A DNA stretch of 38,615 nucleotides from Chromatocurvus sp. (GTDB lineage Bacteria > Pseudomonadota > Gammaproteobacteria > Pseudomonadales > Halieaceae), in the NCBI GenBank assembly GCA_046260215.1, contig JBHEPQ010000238.1, positions 1-38,615 of the forward strand, in the 5' to 3' direction. The notes under the pieces are model-generated. The model was not told the DNA's origin, did not search any database, and was given only the letters and a program-made list of their open reading frames with translations. Shown one piece after another: positions 1-8,167 of the stretch (position 1 is the first letter of the stretch; every line of letters starts with the position of its first letter). A program made the position numbers and the translations under genes.

Positions 1-1
1 C

Positions 2-529
2 TGTAACTTCGCCTTTGAGCGTCGTGCCGGAGTCAAGCCGGACAACAACGCGATACGCGAAGCCGTGCAGACAAAGTCACCGCTGGTGCTGTTCGGCAGC
101 TACAACGAGCGCATGTACATGGCCGAGACCGGTGTTCGCGGCGTGTACATTCCCGCATCGCTGCCCGGCACGGTGATCCGCCGGCACACGGGCACACCCT
201 TTATGGGTTATGGCGGCGCCTGCTACATCATCCAGGAGGTGTGTAACGCCCTGTTCGATGCGCTGTTCAATATTCTGCCGCTGGGCTCAGATCTGGACCG
301 CGCGCCGGCAACGCCGACACGTGAACGCGCCTCGATCGCCTGGGAAGCCGCGGCGGAGCTGGAGCTTGACAAGCTGGTTGCCGCAGAGCCCATTCTTGTG
401 CGGATCTCGGCGGCCAAACGGTTGCGGGATGCAGCCGAAAGTGCGGCGCGGGTAAGCGGCGACGAGCAGGTCACGGTAGGTCACCTGCAGGCGGCGCGTC
501 AGGTCCTGGCCACCGGCGTGGTGGCATGA
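2..529 (+). CDS. bchZ: Chlorophyllide a reductase subunit Z, 3' part (truncated by window start)
   Basis: Frame is open from base 2 (CNFAFERRAGVKPDN...) into the 65..529 ORF. BchZ-like motifs FGSYNERMY, RRHTGTPFMGYGGA, EVCNALFDALF and a C-terminal PCP-red-like segment (ILVRISAAKRLRDAAE). Directly upstream of puf genes as is usual for bchCXYZ-puf. Confidence 0.93.
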   Translation, partial: CNFAFERRAGVKPDNNAIREAVQTKSPLVLFGSYNERMYMAETGVRGVYIPASLPGTVIRRHTGTPFMGYGGACYIIQEVCNALFDALFNILPLGSDLDRAPATPTRERASIAWEAAAELELDKLVAAEPILVRISAAKRLRDAAESAARVSGDEQVTVGHLQAARQVLATGVVA

Positions 530-626
530 CTGTCATGGCAACAAAGACACGTATTGATGGTGTGGCTCCTGTCCGGTGCGCGCACCTTGTATTGAAAAGC
601 CCCCATTGCGAGGCGAGGAGAGCATT

Positions 627-863
627 ATGAAAACGTCTACATCTACGCAAACCGTATCACATGCGACGCCTCTGCATGACCGGATCGAGTTTCGGCTGCT
701 GATTGCGGTGTCACTCCTGTGGTTTCTGGTGGTGGCGGCGGTGAGTCGCCTGCTGCCGCGTAAACTGCGGCCGCTGTCATCGAGAGCAGCGCGCGGTGAA
801 TCCCTGTTTGCCGAAGCCAGGCGCACGGCCTACACGGTGATTCCCTATGCGTTCATGCGCTGA
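627..863 (+). CDS. pufQ: PufQ protein (78 aa)
   Basis: ATG at 627 preceded by GAGGAG (615-620). One hydrophobic segment followed by EARRTAYTVIPYAFM, typical of PufQ C-termini. Lies between bchZ and pufL. Start reassigned from the ORF-track 576. Confidence 0.8.
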   Translation: MKTSTSTQTVSHATPLHDRIEFRLLIAVSLLWFLVVAAVSRLLPRKLRPLSSRAARGESLFAEARRTAYTVIPYAFMR

Positions 864-957
864 GTCCGGGAAGGCACTCATGCAAAGGAAAGAAAAGAAC
901 AGGCGGTGTCAGTCTGCTATGACCGATGCCTGGCGTCGGGACCGGGTCCCGGTGATG

Positions 958-975
958 TGTTGGTTTAATTTGACA
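958..975. promoter_or_regulatory. PpsR/CrtJ binding palindrome upstream of pufL
   Basis: TGT-tggtttaatttg-ACA is an exact TGT-N12-ACA. A near-match TGT-cagtctgctatg-ACC lies at 907-924. Confidence 0.65.
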
Positions 976-1004
976 GGTTCCGCTGCCGGGCCGGAGGAAG
1001 AACG

Positions 1005-1829
1005 ATGACAATGCTGAGTTTCGAGAAAAAATACAGGGTCAGGGGAGGGACCCTCATCGGGGGCGATCTGTTCGACTTCTGGGTAGGGCCGTTCTATGTC
1101 GGCTTCTTCGGTGTCACGACGGCCTTCTTCAGTATTCTGGGTACGCTCCTGATTATTTACGGCGCCTCCATGGGGGACACCTGGAACATCTGGCAGATCA
1201 ATATTGCACCGCCGGACCTCAGCTATGGGCTTGGACTGGCCCCCCTCGCTGAAGGCGGTCTCTGGCAGATCATTACGATCTGCGCTACCGGGGCATTTGT
1301 ATCCTGGGTGCTGCGGCAGGCAGAGATATCGCGCAAGCTCGGCATGGGGCTGCACATTCCCTTTGCCTTCAGCGTTGCGGTCTTTGCGTACGTCACGCTG
1401 GTGATTTTCCGCCCGCTGCTTATGGGCGCCTGGGGGCACGGTTTCCCGTACGGGATCCTCAGCCACCTCGACTGGGTGTCTAATGTGGGCTACCAGTACC
1501 TGCACTTCCACTACAATCCGGCGCACATGCTCGCGATCACCTTCTTCTTCACGACAACGCTGGCGCTGTCCCTGCACGGCGGTCTCATTCTGTCCGTGAC
1601 CAACCCGAAGAAGGGCGAGCCTATGAAAGGCGCGGAATATGAGAACTCCTTCTTCCGTGACGACATCGGCTATTCCATCGGTGCCCTCGGCATCCACCGT
1701 CTGGGCCTGTTTCTGGCCTTGTCGGCCGGGTTCTGGAGTGCAGTATGCATTATCATCAGTGGACCGTTCTGGACCCGGGGTTGGCCGGAATGGTGGAACT
1801 GGTGGCTCGAACTGCCTATCTGGAACTAA
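1005..1829 (+). CDS. pufL: Photosynthetic reaction centre L subunit
   Basis: [34 protein letters not shown]-terminus, HFHYNPAHM special-pair His, GYSIG QB loop; RBS GGAGG. Confidence 0.99.
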   Translation: MTMLSFEKKYRVRGGTLIGGDLFDFWVGPFYVGFFGVTTAFFSILGTLLIIYGASMGDTWNIWQINIAPPDLSYGLGLAPLAEGGLWQIITICATGAFVSWVLRQAEISRKLGMGLHIPFAFSVAVFAYVTLVIFRPLLMGAWGHGFPYGILSHLDWVSNVGYQYLHFHYNPAHMLAITFFFTTTLALSLHGGLILSVTNPKKGEPMKGAEYENSFFRDDIGYSIGALGIHRLGLFLALSAGFWSAVCIIISGPFWTRGWPEWWNWWLELPIWN

Positions 1830-1844
1830 GCGGAGAACAACAGC

Positions 1845-2819
1845 ATGGCTGAATATCAAAACATTTTTACCCGCGTCCAGGTGACGGCACCGATCTACGA
1901 CGGCACCGACCTTGGCAGCGACAATATTTATCGCACCGGCGCGTCGGAAAACTACTGGCTGGGCAAGATCGGTGACGCGCAGCTCGGCCCGATCTATCTT
2001 GGCTTCACCGGCGTGTTGTCCCTGATCTGCGGTTTTATCGCCTTTGAGATAATCGGTCTCAACATGTGGGCTTCGGTAAACTGGGATCCGGTACAGTTCC
2101 TGAGACAGCTGTTCTGGCTGGCGCTTGAGCCGCCACCCCCGGAATACGGTCTAAGCATTCCGCCACTGCACGATGGTGGTTGGTGGCTGATGGCGGGCTT
2201 CTTCCTCACGGCATCCATCCTGCTCTGGTGGGTTAGAACCTACAATCTGGCACGCAAGAACGGCATGGGGACACATATCGCCTGGGCATTTGCCGGCGCC
2301 ATCTGGTTGTACCTCGTGCTGGGCTTCATTCGCCCGATACTGATGGGTAGCTGGAGTGAGGCGGTGCCCTTTGGCATCTTCCCGCACCTTGACTGGACAG
2401 CTGCTTTTTCGATTCGCTACGGCAATCTGTTCTACAACCCGTTCCATATGCTGTCTATTGTCTTCCTTTATGGGTCGACGCTGCTGTTCGCCATGCACGG
2501 GGCGACCATTCTGGCAACCAGCCGTTACGGTGGCGACCGCGAGATCGACCAGATCGCTTACCGGGGCACCGCGTCGGAACGGGCCGGATTGTTCTGGCGC
2601 TGGACCATGGGCTTCAACGCCACAATGGAGTCCATCCACCGCTGGGGTCTCTGGTTCGCCGTACTGACCGTCATAACAGGTGGTATCGGTATTCTGCTGA
2701 CCGGCACGGTTGTCGACAACTGGTACCTCTGGGGTGTCAAACACGGCATTGCGCCGGCATACCCCGCGCTCGAGGCCATGCCGATGCAGGATCCGCTGAC
2801 AACGGGAGCTGGACAATGA
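1845..2819 (+). CDS. pufM: Photosynthetic reaction centre M subunit
   Basis: [13 protein letters not shown] start, [31 protein letters not shown] motifs; C-terminal extension typical of RCs with bound cytochrome. Confidence 0.99.
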   Translation: MAEYQNIFTRVQVTAPIYDGTDLGSDNIYRTGASENYWLGKIGDAQLGPIYLGFTGVLSLICGFIAFEIIGLNMWASVNWDPVQFLRQLFWLALEPPPPEYGLSIPPLHDGGWWLMAGFFLTASILLWWVRTYNLARKNGMGTHIAWAFAGAIWLYLVLGFIRPILMGSWSEAVPFGIFPHLDWTAAFSIRYGNLFYNPFHMLSIVFLYGSTLLFAMHGATILATSRYGGDREIDQIAYRGTASERAGLFWRWTMGFNATMESIHRWGLWFAVLTVITGGIGILLTGTVVDNWYLWGVKHGIAPAYPALEAMPMQDPLTTGAGQ

Positions 2820-3862
2820 AAATGATACGCAACCTTCGTTTACCCGTGGTCGGTGCCGCGCTTGCCACGCTTACCCTGGCCGCCTGTGAGCCGCCACCGG
2901 TAGATGCGGTACAGCGCGGCTATCGCGGCACCGGCATGGAGGTGGTGGTCAATCCCGATGCCAGGGCGGCAAGTGTCGCCGCCAACATGCCCCCGGAGGT
3001 ATCTGAACAGGTCCCCGATGATGATGGCCCCAAGGCCGGCGACATTTACCAGAACGTAGAGGTATTGGGAGACCTGAGCGTCGGCCAGTTCACTCGCGTG
3101 ATGGCATCGATTACGGAGTGGGTGTCGCCCGAGGAGGGCTGTACTTACTGTCACGAGGGCAACAACTTTGCCAGCGAAGCGCCGTATACCAAGCGCGTCT
3201 CCAGAGTAATGTTTGCCATGACCCAGCGCGCCAATGAGGACTGGGGCAGTAACCATGTGGCGCCAAGCGGTGTGACCTGTTACACCTGCCACCGTGGGCA
3301 GCCGGTACCTGAGTACGTCTGGGCAGAGGATCCGGGCGGTCCGCACGCCAGGGGACTGGCGAGGGCAGAACAGAACATTGCCGGCGCCGAAACGGTCGCT
3401 TACGCCTCATTGCCTTATGATCCACTGACGCCTTTTCTTTCGGAAGACTACAACATCCGCGTCGCGTCACAGACCGCGCTTCCCGCGGGTAACCGGACCT
3501 CGATCAAGCAGACCGAGTGGACCTACGGTCTGATGATGCACTTCTCCGATTCCCTCAACGCGAACTGCACCTACTGTCACAACAGTCGCGCGTTCTCGGA
3601 CTGGGAGCAGAGTCCCCCGACGCGCCTGAAGGCATGGCATGCCATACGGATGGTGCGGGAAATGAACAATGCCTACATCGACGCGACGGCAGACTGGCTG
3701 CCGGACTCCCGCAAGGGGCCGTTGGGAGATCCCCTCAAGGTGAGTTGCAAGACCTGCCACCAGGGAGCCTACAAGCCACTGTACGGCGCACCGATGATCG
3801 ATAAGTTCCCCAGCCTGAGCAAAAAGACCGGTGTTGCGGTCGACATGTATAAGGGAGGCTGA
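2816..3862 (+). CDS. pufC: RC-bound tetraheme cytochrome c subunit (lipoprotein)
   Basis: Lipobox LAAC followed by EPPP...[10 protein letters not shown]; four CxxCH motifs (CTYCH, CYTCH, CTYCH, CKTCH); ATGA overlap with the pufM stop. Confidence 0.98.
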   Translation: MKMIRNLRLPVVGAALATLTLAACEPPPVDAVQRGYRGTGMEVVVNPDARAASVAANMPPEVSEQVPDDDGPKAGDIYQNVEVLGDLSVGQFTRVMASITEWVSPEEGCTYCHEGNNFASEAPYTKRVSRVMFAMTQRANEDWGSNHVAPSGVTCYTCHRGQPVPEYVWAEDPGGPHARGLARAEQNIAGAETVAYASLPYDPLTPFLSEDYNIRVASQTALPAGNRTSIKQTEWTYGLMMHFSDSLNANCTYCHNSRAFSDWEQSPPTRLKAWHAIRMVREMNNAYIDATADWLPDSRKGPLGDPLKVSCKTCHQGAYKPLYGAPMIDKFPSLSKKTGVAVDMYKGG

Positions 3863-3951
3863 AATTAATACGTCGGTAATGTCTGACGGGGACCGGAGGG
3901 GCAGGGACTGCACCACTGGTCCAGAACGAATCCTGACCGGGTCAGGGGTGT

Positions 3952-4006
3952 GCATGTCGCCCACGCGCATGTCGCCCACGCGCATGTCGCCCACGCGCAT
4001 GTCGCC
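3952..4006. repeat. 15-bp tandem repeat (GCATGTCGCCCACGC x ~3.7) between pufC and pufB
   Basis: Three exact copies at 3952, 3967 and 3982 plus a 10-nt partial copy at 3997. Confidence 0.95.
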
Positions 4007-4131
4007 TTATCGACCAGGTTCAAGGGTAATCACCGGCTCAAGACCTACGGGTCAACAGGCAGGTGTGGAGAGCATCCCGAGCGTTATTGCGCGGGGTGTT
4101 AAAACTGAAACTCATTTGGGAGATATACACC

Positions 4132-4281
4132 ATGAGTGATAACACTAGCCTTTCCGGGCTGTCTGCTGACGAAGCCAAAGAATTCCACAGCTTTTTTGTG
4201 CAAGGATTTCTGGGCTTCACCGCCATTGCCGTGGTTGCCCACATCTTGGTCTGGATGTGGCAGCCCTGGCTCGTCCAGTAA
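4132..4281 (+). CDS. pufB: Light-harvesting LH1 beta subunit (49 aa)
   Basis: [22 protein letters not shown]...[14 protein letters not shown] carries the LH beta signature; GGGAGA RBS before ATG 4132 (start reassigned from 4063). Confidence 0.96.
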   Translation: MSDNTSLSGLSADEAKEFHSFFVQGFLGFTAIAVVAHILVWMWQPWLVQ

Positions 4282-4359
4282 GTGGCACCACGTTAACTAT
4301 CGCGGTGACGTCGGAGATGGTTTTGATAAACCGCAATAAAACACACAGGAGTATTTAAT

Positions 4360-4548
4360 ATGTATAGACTTTGGCTGATTTTTGACCCCAGACGAATTCT
4401 GATCGCGACAGCCGCGTTTCTGTTCACCCTGGCATTGTTGATTCACTTTATCCTGCTGAGCACAGAGCGCTTCAACTGGCTTGAGGCAAGTGCAGTCGCG
4501 GGCGCCGATGCCGAGCAAATGGCGCCACTGCCGGAGTCGCGGAGTTAG
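4360..4548 (+). CDS. pufA: Light-harvesting LH1 alpha subunit
   Basis: [12 protein letters not shown]...[19 protein letters not shown] is the LH1 alpha signature; AGGAG RBS. Confidence 0.97.
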   Translation: MYRLWLIFDPRRILIATAAFLFTLALLIHFILLSTERFNWLEASAVAGADAEQMAPLPESRS

Positions 4549-4629
4549 CTCAACGACCGATCGGTCCCCAGGGATCACTCAGGAGTAAAGTCCGTCAGTG
4601 ATGGCGGGCGTAGCTCCTGACCTGTATCA

Positions 4630-4673
4630 GCCCCTGCGTGACGACCCTGTCGGCACGCGGGGCATCTTTATTT
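4630..4673 (+). terminator. Stem-loop after pufA (terminator or mRNA-stabilising hairpin)
   Basis: GCCCCTGCGTG...CACGCGGGGC stem followed by ATCTTTATTT. Confidence 0.6.
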
Positions 4674-4704
4674 CTGTCGCCGCGACGCGGTCAGGAGGTC
4701 TCTT

Positions 4705-5331
4705 ATGCGCGAAGCGCGATGGCAGCAGGTTTCGTTTGCCGAAGAGCCCCTTATTCTGGTGAACGCGCAGGATGAACCCTGCGGCTTTGATAGCAAGCTA
4801 AACGTTCACGCCGGTGACGGCAAGCTGCATCGCGCGTTTTCGGTTTTTCTTTTTCGCGACCCAGAGCATGTCCTGCTGCATCGGCGCAGCGCAGAAAAAC
4901 CACTGTGGCCGGGTTACTGGACCAACAGCTGTTGCAGCCATCCCAGACGTGGCGAGTGCAACAGCGTGGCGACAGCGCGCCGTCTCGAGCAGGAACTCGG
5001 CGTTTCTTCCCAGCTTCACTATCTTTATCGTTTCCAGTACCAGGCCAATTACGCGGGTCTTGGCTCGGAGCATGAGCTCTGCTCGGTTTATATCGGCAGT
5101 CTGGAGGATGAAAGCGGCTTGCAGGTTAACCGCAGTGAGATCTCGGAATGGGGCTGGTTTCACGTCGACGCCGTGGATGATTGGCTGATGACAGCTCCGG
5201 AATCACTAACGCCCTGGTTCCAGATGGAGTGGCAGCAGCTACGTAACCGCTACCTGCCGGATATTGATGCGTTATTTATAGCTCCTGCCGAGGACCACTC
5301 AGAGGACCCCAAGCCCGCGGAAATGTGGTGA
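4705..5331 (+). CDS. idi: Isopentenyl-diphosphate delta-isomerase, type 1
   Basis: LHRAFSVFLF, WPGYWTNSCCSHP, EHELCSVY and LTPWF Nudix-type IDI motifs; AGGAGG RBS. Confidence 0.95.
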   Translation: MREARWQQVSFAEEPLILVNAQDEPCGFDSKLNVHAGDGKLHRAFSVFLFRDPEHVLLHRRSAEKPLWPGYWTNSCCSHPRRGECNSVATARRLEQELGVSSQLHYLYRFQYQANYAGLGSEHELCSVYIGSLEDESGLQVNRSEISEWGWFHVDAVDDWLMTAPESLTPWFQMEWQQLRNRYLPDIDALFIAPAEDHSEDPKPAEMW

Positions 5332-6630
5332 GGCATCCCCCCAGAGTTGGTGGAGCGCAAAGCGACCATACTCCGTCACTTTGATCTTTTCAGGTGTCAC
5401 CTGCACGAGGCCATCACGGGCGAGTTCCGCAAGTGTATTGCTCTCGCCGGTGGTGTCGAGTAGATCCCGATAATCGGCCAGTTCGAGGTTACACATCAGG
5501 TCATTCATTGCCTGACGACGTCTGCGCTCGGCGTCACTGACCAGCATCCCGGACTGCAACGGCAGTTGCCCCCCCTGAATTGACTCGCGCCAGTCATCCA
5601 GGTGGACCTGATTCTGAACGTTCGCAGAACCGATCTGGCTGATGGCATCCGCGCCAAAGCCAAACAGGTCGCCGGCGTGGTGTGCGGTGTAGCCAACCCA
5701 GTTCCGGTGTAGCTTGCCATCGAGACGGGCGATGGCAAGTGGATCGTCGCGGTGCGCAAAACAGTCGAGTCCCACCCAGTCATAATCGTTGTCGAGCATT
5801 GATTCGCAGGCGCTGTTGAACATGGCGACTTTGTCGGCCAGTGAGGGAAGGCTGGACGGCTCGATGGCACGCTGGTGCTTGAAAATGTCGGGACGCCGGG
5901 AAAAAGACTGACAGACGATGCGCTCGGGCGCCAGGTCAAGCATACGCCCTACTGTTTCCTGAATGCTGCCGAGGGTCTGGTTGGGGAGACCGTAGACCAG
6001 ATCCATGCCAATGGTCTCGAAACCCTCGCTGCGGGCGCTGGCCAGAACGTCCTGCAACATGGGCAGGGAATGTGAGCGGCCAACGGCGAGTTGCACGGCG
6101 CTGTCGATATCCCTTACCTGGAAATTGATGATGCCGAAGCCAAGTCCTTTCAGGAGTGCGAGCTGCGTGGGTGAACAACGCTTCGGGTTGGCCTCGAGTG
6201 ACGTCTCGGTCTCGCTGGAAACCCCGAAATGGCTATCGATGATGTCCATCAGTCGTGATAGCTGGGTGTCGCTCAGATAATTGGGGGTGCCGCCGCCGAG
6301 GTGCAGCTGCGTCAGTGGCAGATGACGCCCGATACGATCGGTGACCATGGTGATTTCCTGCTCAAGGCAGTTCAGGTAATCGTCGATCGCATCGCCGTTG
6401 TGCGTTACTGTCGTGTGGTGATCGCAGCTCAGGCATCGCGAAGGGCAAAAGGGAAGGCGTATGTGAATCGCGATGCTCCGGCTGCCTGTTGTACTCCATG
6501 AGGACAGAACATCAGCATATTCTCCGGCAGTCAGTCCCGGCGCGTGTGTTGAACTAAAAAGTGGCGGCAATTGATCGGTTTCACCACTTGAGCGTGCGAG
6601 ATAGTCAGGTACTTTGACCAGTGCGCTCAT
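5299..6630 (-). CDS. HemN-family radical SAM protein (coproporphyrinogen dehydrogenase-like, divergent)
   Basis: CPSRCLSC (CxxxCxxC), LHLGGGTPNYL, DLVYGLPNQT and LHRNWVGYT align over full length to the HemN layout, but several HemN motifs are altered (see findings). Confidence 0.85.
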   Translation of the reverse strand: MSALVKVPDYLARSSGETDQLPPLFSSTHAPGLTAGEYADVLSSWSTTGSRSIAIHIRLPFCPSRCLSCDHHTTVTHNGDAIDDYLNCLEQEITMVTDRIGRHLPLTQLHLGGGTPNYLSDTQLSRLMDIIDSHFGVSSETETSLEANPKRCSPTQLALLKGLGFGIINFQVRDIDSAVQLAVGRSHSLPMLQDVLASARSEGFETIGMDLVYGLPNQTLGSIQETVGRMLDLAPERIVCQSFSRRPDIFKHQRAIEPSSLPSLADKVAMFNSACESMLDNDYDWVGLDCFAHRDDPLAIARLDGKLHRNWVGYTAHHAGDLFGFGADAISQIGSANVQNQVHLDDWRESIQGGQLPLQSGMLVSDAERRRRQAMNDLMCNLELADYRDLLDTTGESNTLAELARDGLVQVTPEKIKVTEYGRFALHQLWGDASPHFRGLGVL

Positions 6631-6754
6631 CTAGCATCTCCTAGTGTACGCTGCGGTACAACTGTCCTGGCAGTAACTCCCCTATCGCAGTAGAGAAATG
6701 ACACATGACAGCTTCCTTGCAGTGGGTACGTTAACTTTCGATTCTTTGCCTGTC

Positions 6755-6795
6755 AGATTAGGAGCCTGGTGTGCATCTGTCAAATAAATCTGACA
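6755..6795 (-). promoter_or_regulatory. sigma70 promoter of the hemN-like gene overlapped by a PpsR site
   Basis: TGTCAAATAAATCTGACA (6778-6795) is TGT-N12-ACA. On the minus strand TTGACA (6783-6778) - 17 bp - TAATCT (6760-6755). Confidence 0.75.
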
Positions 6796-6844
6796 CGATC
6801 AGCCTTTTTCTCAAGGCGCGCTGACGGCGCCGGTTATCAGGGGT

Positions 6845-7702
6845 CTATCCGGGTATTCTGGGCGTTGAAGATCCCGATGATACCGATGCTTTACAGGCCG
6901 CGGCCTTGCGCGCACTGGTTTGCTGGCTGGTCCGGGCGCCAACCCGGTTGGCAGCCGTGATGGCCCACTGCCACAGCGCACTGTCGCGCACCGGCAGAAC
7001 CAGAAACCAGTGTTCCAGTATCGCCAGTGCGAGAAGCGTGCAGACAAGGGCAGATGCCAGCCGGTCGAAGGCAGCGTCCGCAGATGCAGAGACGATCGCA
7101 AGCAGCGTTGCGACAATCGTCGCCAGCCCCACCGAAAAGGGAAAGAGCCAGTTCATGCCACGTGTTCGCATGTAGCTGACCAGATAGCGGTTGCGCTCCG
7201 GCAGCCAGTGCTCGTTGAAATTCGAAACACCCAGATACAGATTCAGTTTGGCGCTCCAGCGCATCAGCCAGAGGGTCAGGTAGGTTCCTGTGGCGACCTG
7301 GTTTGTTTCTCCCCAGGACAGAGCGACAATGGCGGCGCCACACAGAACTACCGCCAGTTCATGATGAATGCTGGTGCCGACAGCGAGCCGGAAGCGGTGC
7401 CAGCCGGCCGCGCCTGCGGGGCAGGGCTGACTGTTTGTGCCGGTAAGAAACCCCATAAGATAGCTTATTTCCAGGGCTCCCCACACGACCAGTGCGACCG
7501 CGAAGCCCATGACGGCGGCAGTCTGTGATTGCTGCTGCGCGATGTCTGGAAGCAGGGCAAGGCTACCCAGGGCCAGCAGAGCGAATCCCAGCACGCTCCA
7601 GATATGGCTACGCCTCGGCAGAAGATTGAGGTAGAGAATGATGCCCGTGCTGAGCCACCAACCCAGAAGAGCGACCGCTATGGCGAGAAACAGACTTGAC
7701 AT
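6845..7702 (-). CDS. puhE: Photosynthetic complex assembly protein PuhE (DUF3623-like)
   Basis: WWLSTGIILYL, HHELA, MRWSAKLNLYLGV and LAILEHWFLVLP motifs; multi-TM; last gene of the puh operon. Confidence 0.88.
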   Translation of the reverse strand: MSSLFLAIAVALLGWWLSTGIILYLNLLPRRSHIWSVLGFALLALGSLALLPDIAQQQSQTAAVMGFAVALVVWGALEISYLMGFLTGTNSQPCPAGAAGWHRFRLAVGTSIHHELAVVLCGAAIVALSWGETNQVATGTYLTLWLMRWSAKLNLYLGVSNFNEHWLPERNRYLVSYMRTRGMNWLFPFSVGLATIVATLLAIVSASADAAFDRLASALVCTLLALAILEHWFLVLPVRDSALWQWAITAANRVGARTSQQTSARKAAACKASVSSGSSTPRIPG

Positions 7703-7711
7703 GACGATAGG

Positions 7712-8167
7712 CTACCGGGTCGCTGCGACGGCTTTGGTCATCAGCGTGTGGAATGAACCAATATTGGTCGGGCCGAAGGCGACCAGGTTGATATGCATCC
7801 CCACGGCAGGGTCCTCTATTATCATACTGCCATCTTCGAATGAAACAAGACGAAAGGGCGGCATCATGTCGATATCCCGACTGCGCCGCTCCCGCGCCAT
7901 ACTACGCATCACCCCGCGGATGAAGCTGTCCTGCGCCGGCTCAAGGGTCGCTATCTGGCTGCCGCTCGTCTGCTCAAAGACATGGACCTCGCCACCTTCG
8001 ATGTCGACGAAGCGCACTGCGACCTCATGCGCCACCGGACTGTCGATAGAGGTATCCGGTGTAAAGCCCGACATACGCATGGCGGCCACCGTTGCCACCG
8101 TCAGGATGACGATGGCGCCGACGGCCGTGGCCAGCCAGCGTGTCGGTGACCAGCGCAGTGGGTTCAC
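7712..8167 (-). CDS. puhC: Photosynthetic complex assembly protein PuhC
   Basis: N-terminal TM helix, FIRGVMRSMARER and INLVAFGPTN motifs; follows puhB with ATGA overlap. Confidence 0.9.
   Translation of the reverse strand: MNPLRWSPTRWLATAVGAIVILTVATVAAMRMSGFTPDTSIDSPVAHEVAVRFVDIEGGEVHVFEQTSGSQIATLEPAQDSFIRGVMRSMARERRSRDIDMMPPFRLVSFEDGSMIIEDPAVGMHINLVAFGPTNIGSFHTLMTKAVAATR

Noticed and set aside
531-549. TGT...ACA dyads after bchZ (N13) and at 6645-6660 (N10) as PpsR sites
   Set aside because: Spacing differs from the required 12 bp.
3952-4006. Tandem repeats here and at 29084-29170 as a CRISPR array
   Set aside because: Units are 15 bp, directly adjacent with no spacers, and there are no cas genes.
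3467-4139. ORFs 3467..4000 (-) and 3831..4139 (+) containing MRVGD or MSPTR peptide repeats
   Set aside because: These are translations of the 15-bp DNA repeat, overlap pufC/pufB, and lack an RBS or protein-like composition.
4323-4336. FNR-like site TTGAT-aaac-CGCAA between pufB and pufA
   Set aside because: The right half-site has two mismatches and the position inside the pufBA pair is implausible for an activator site.
4360-4548. Ca2+-binding, red-shifted LH1 as in Thermochromatium
   Set aside because: The alpha C-terminal region reads NWLEASAV and lacks the WxxDxI-type motif.
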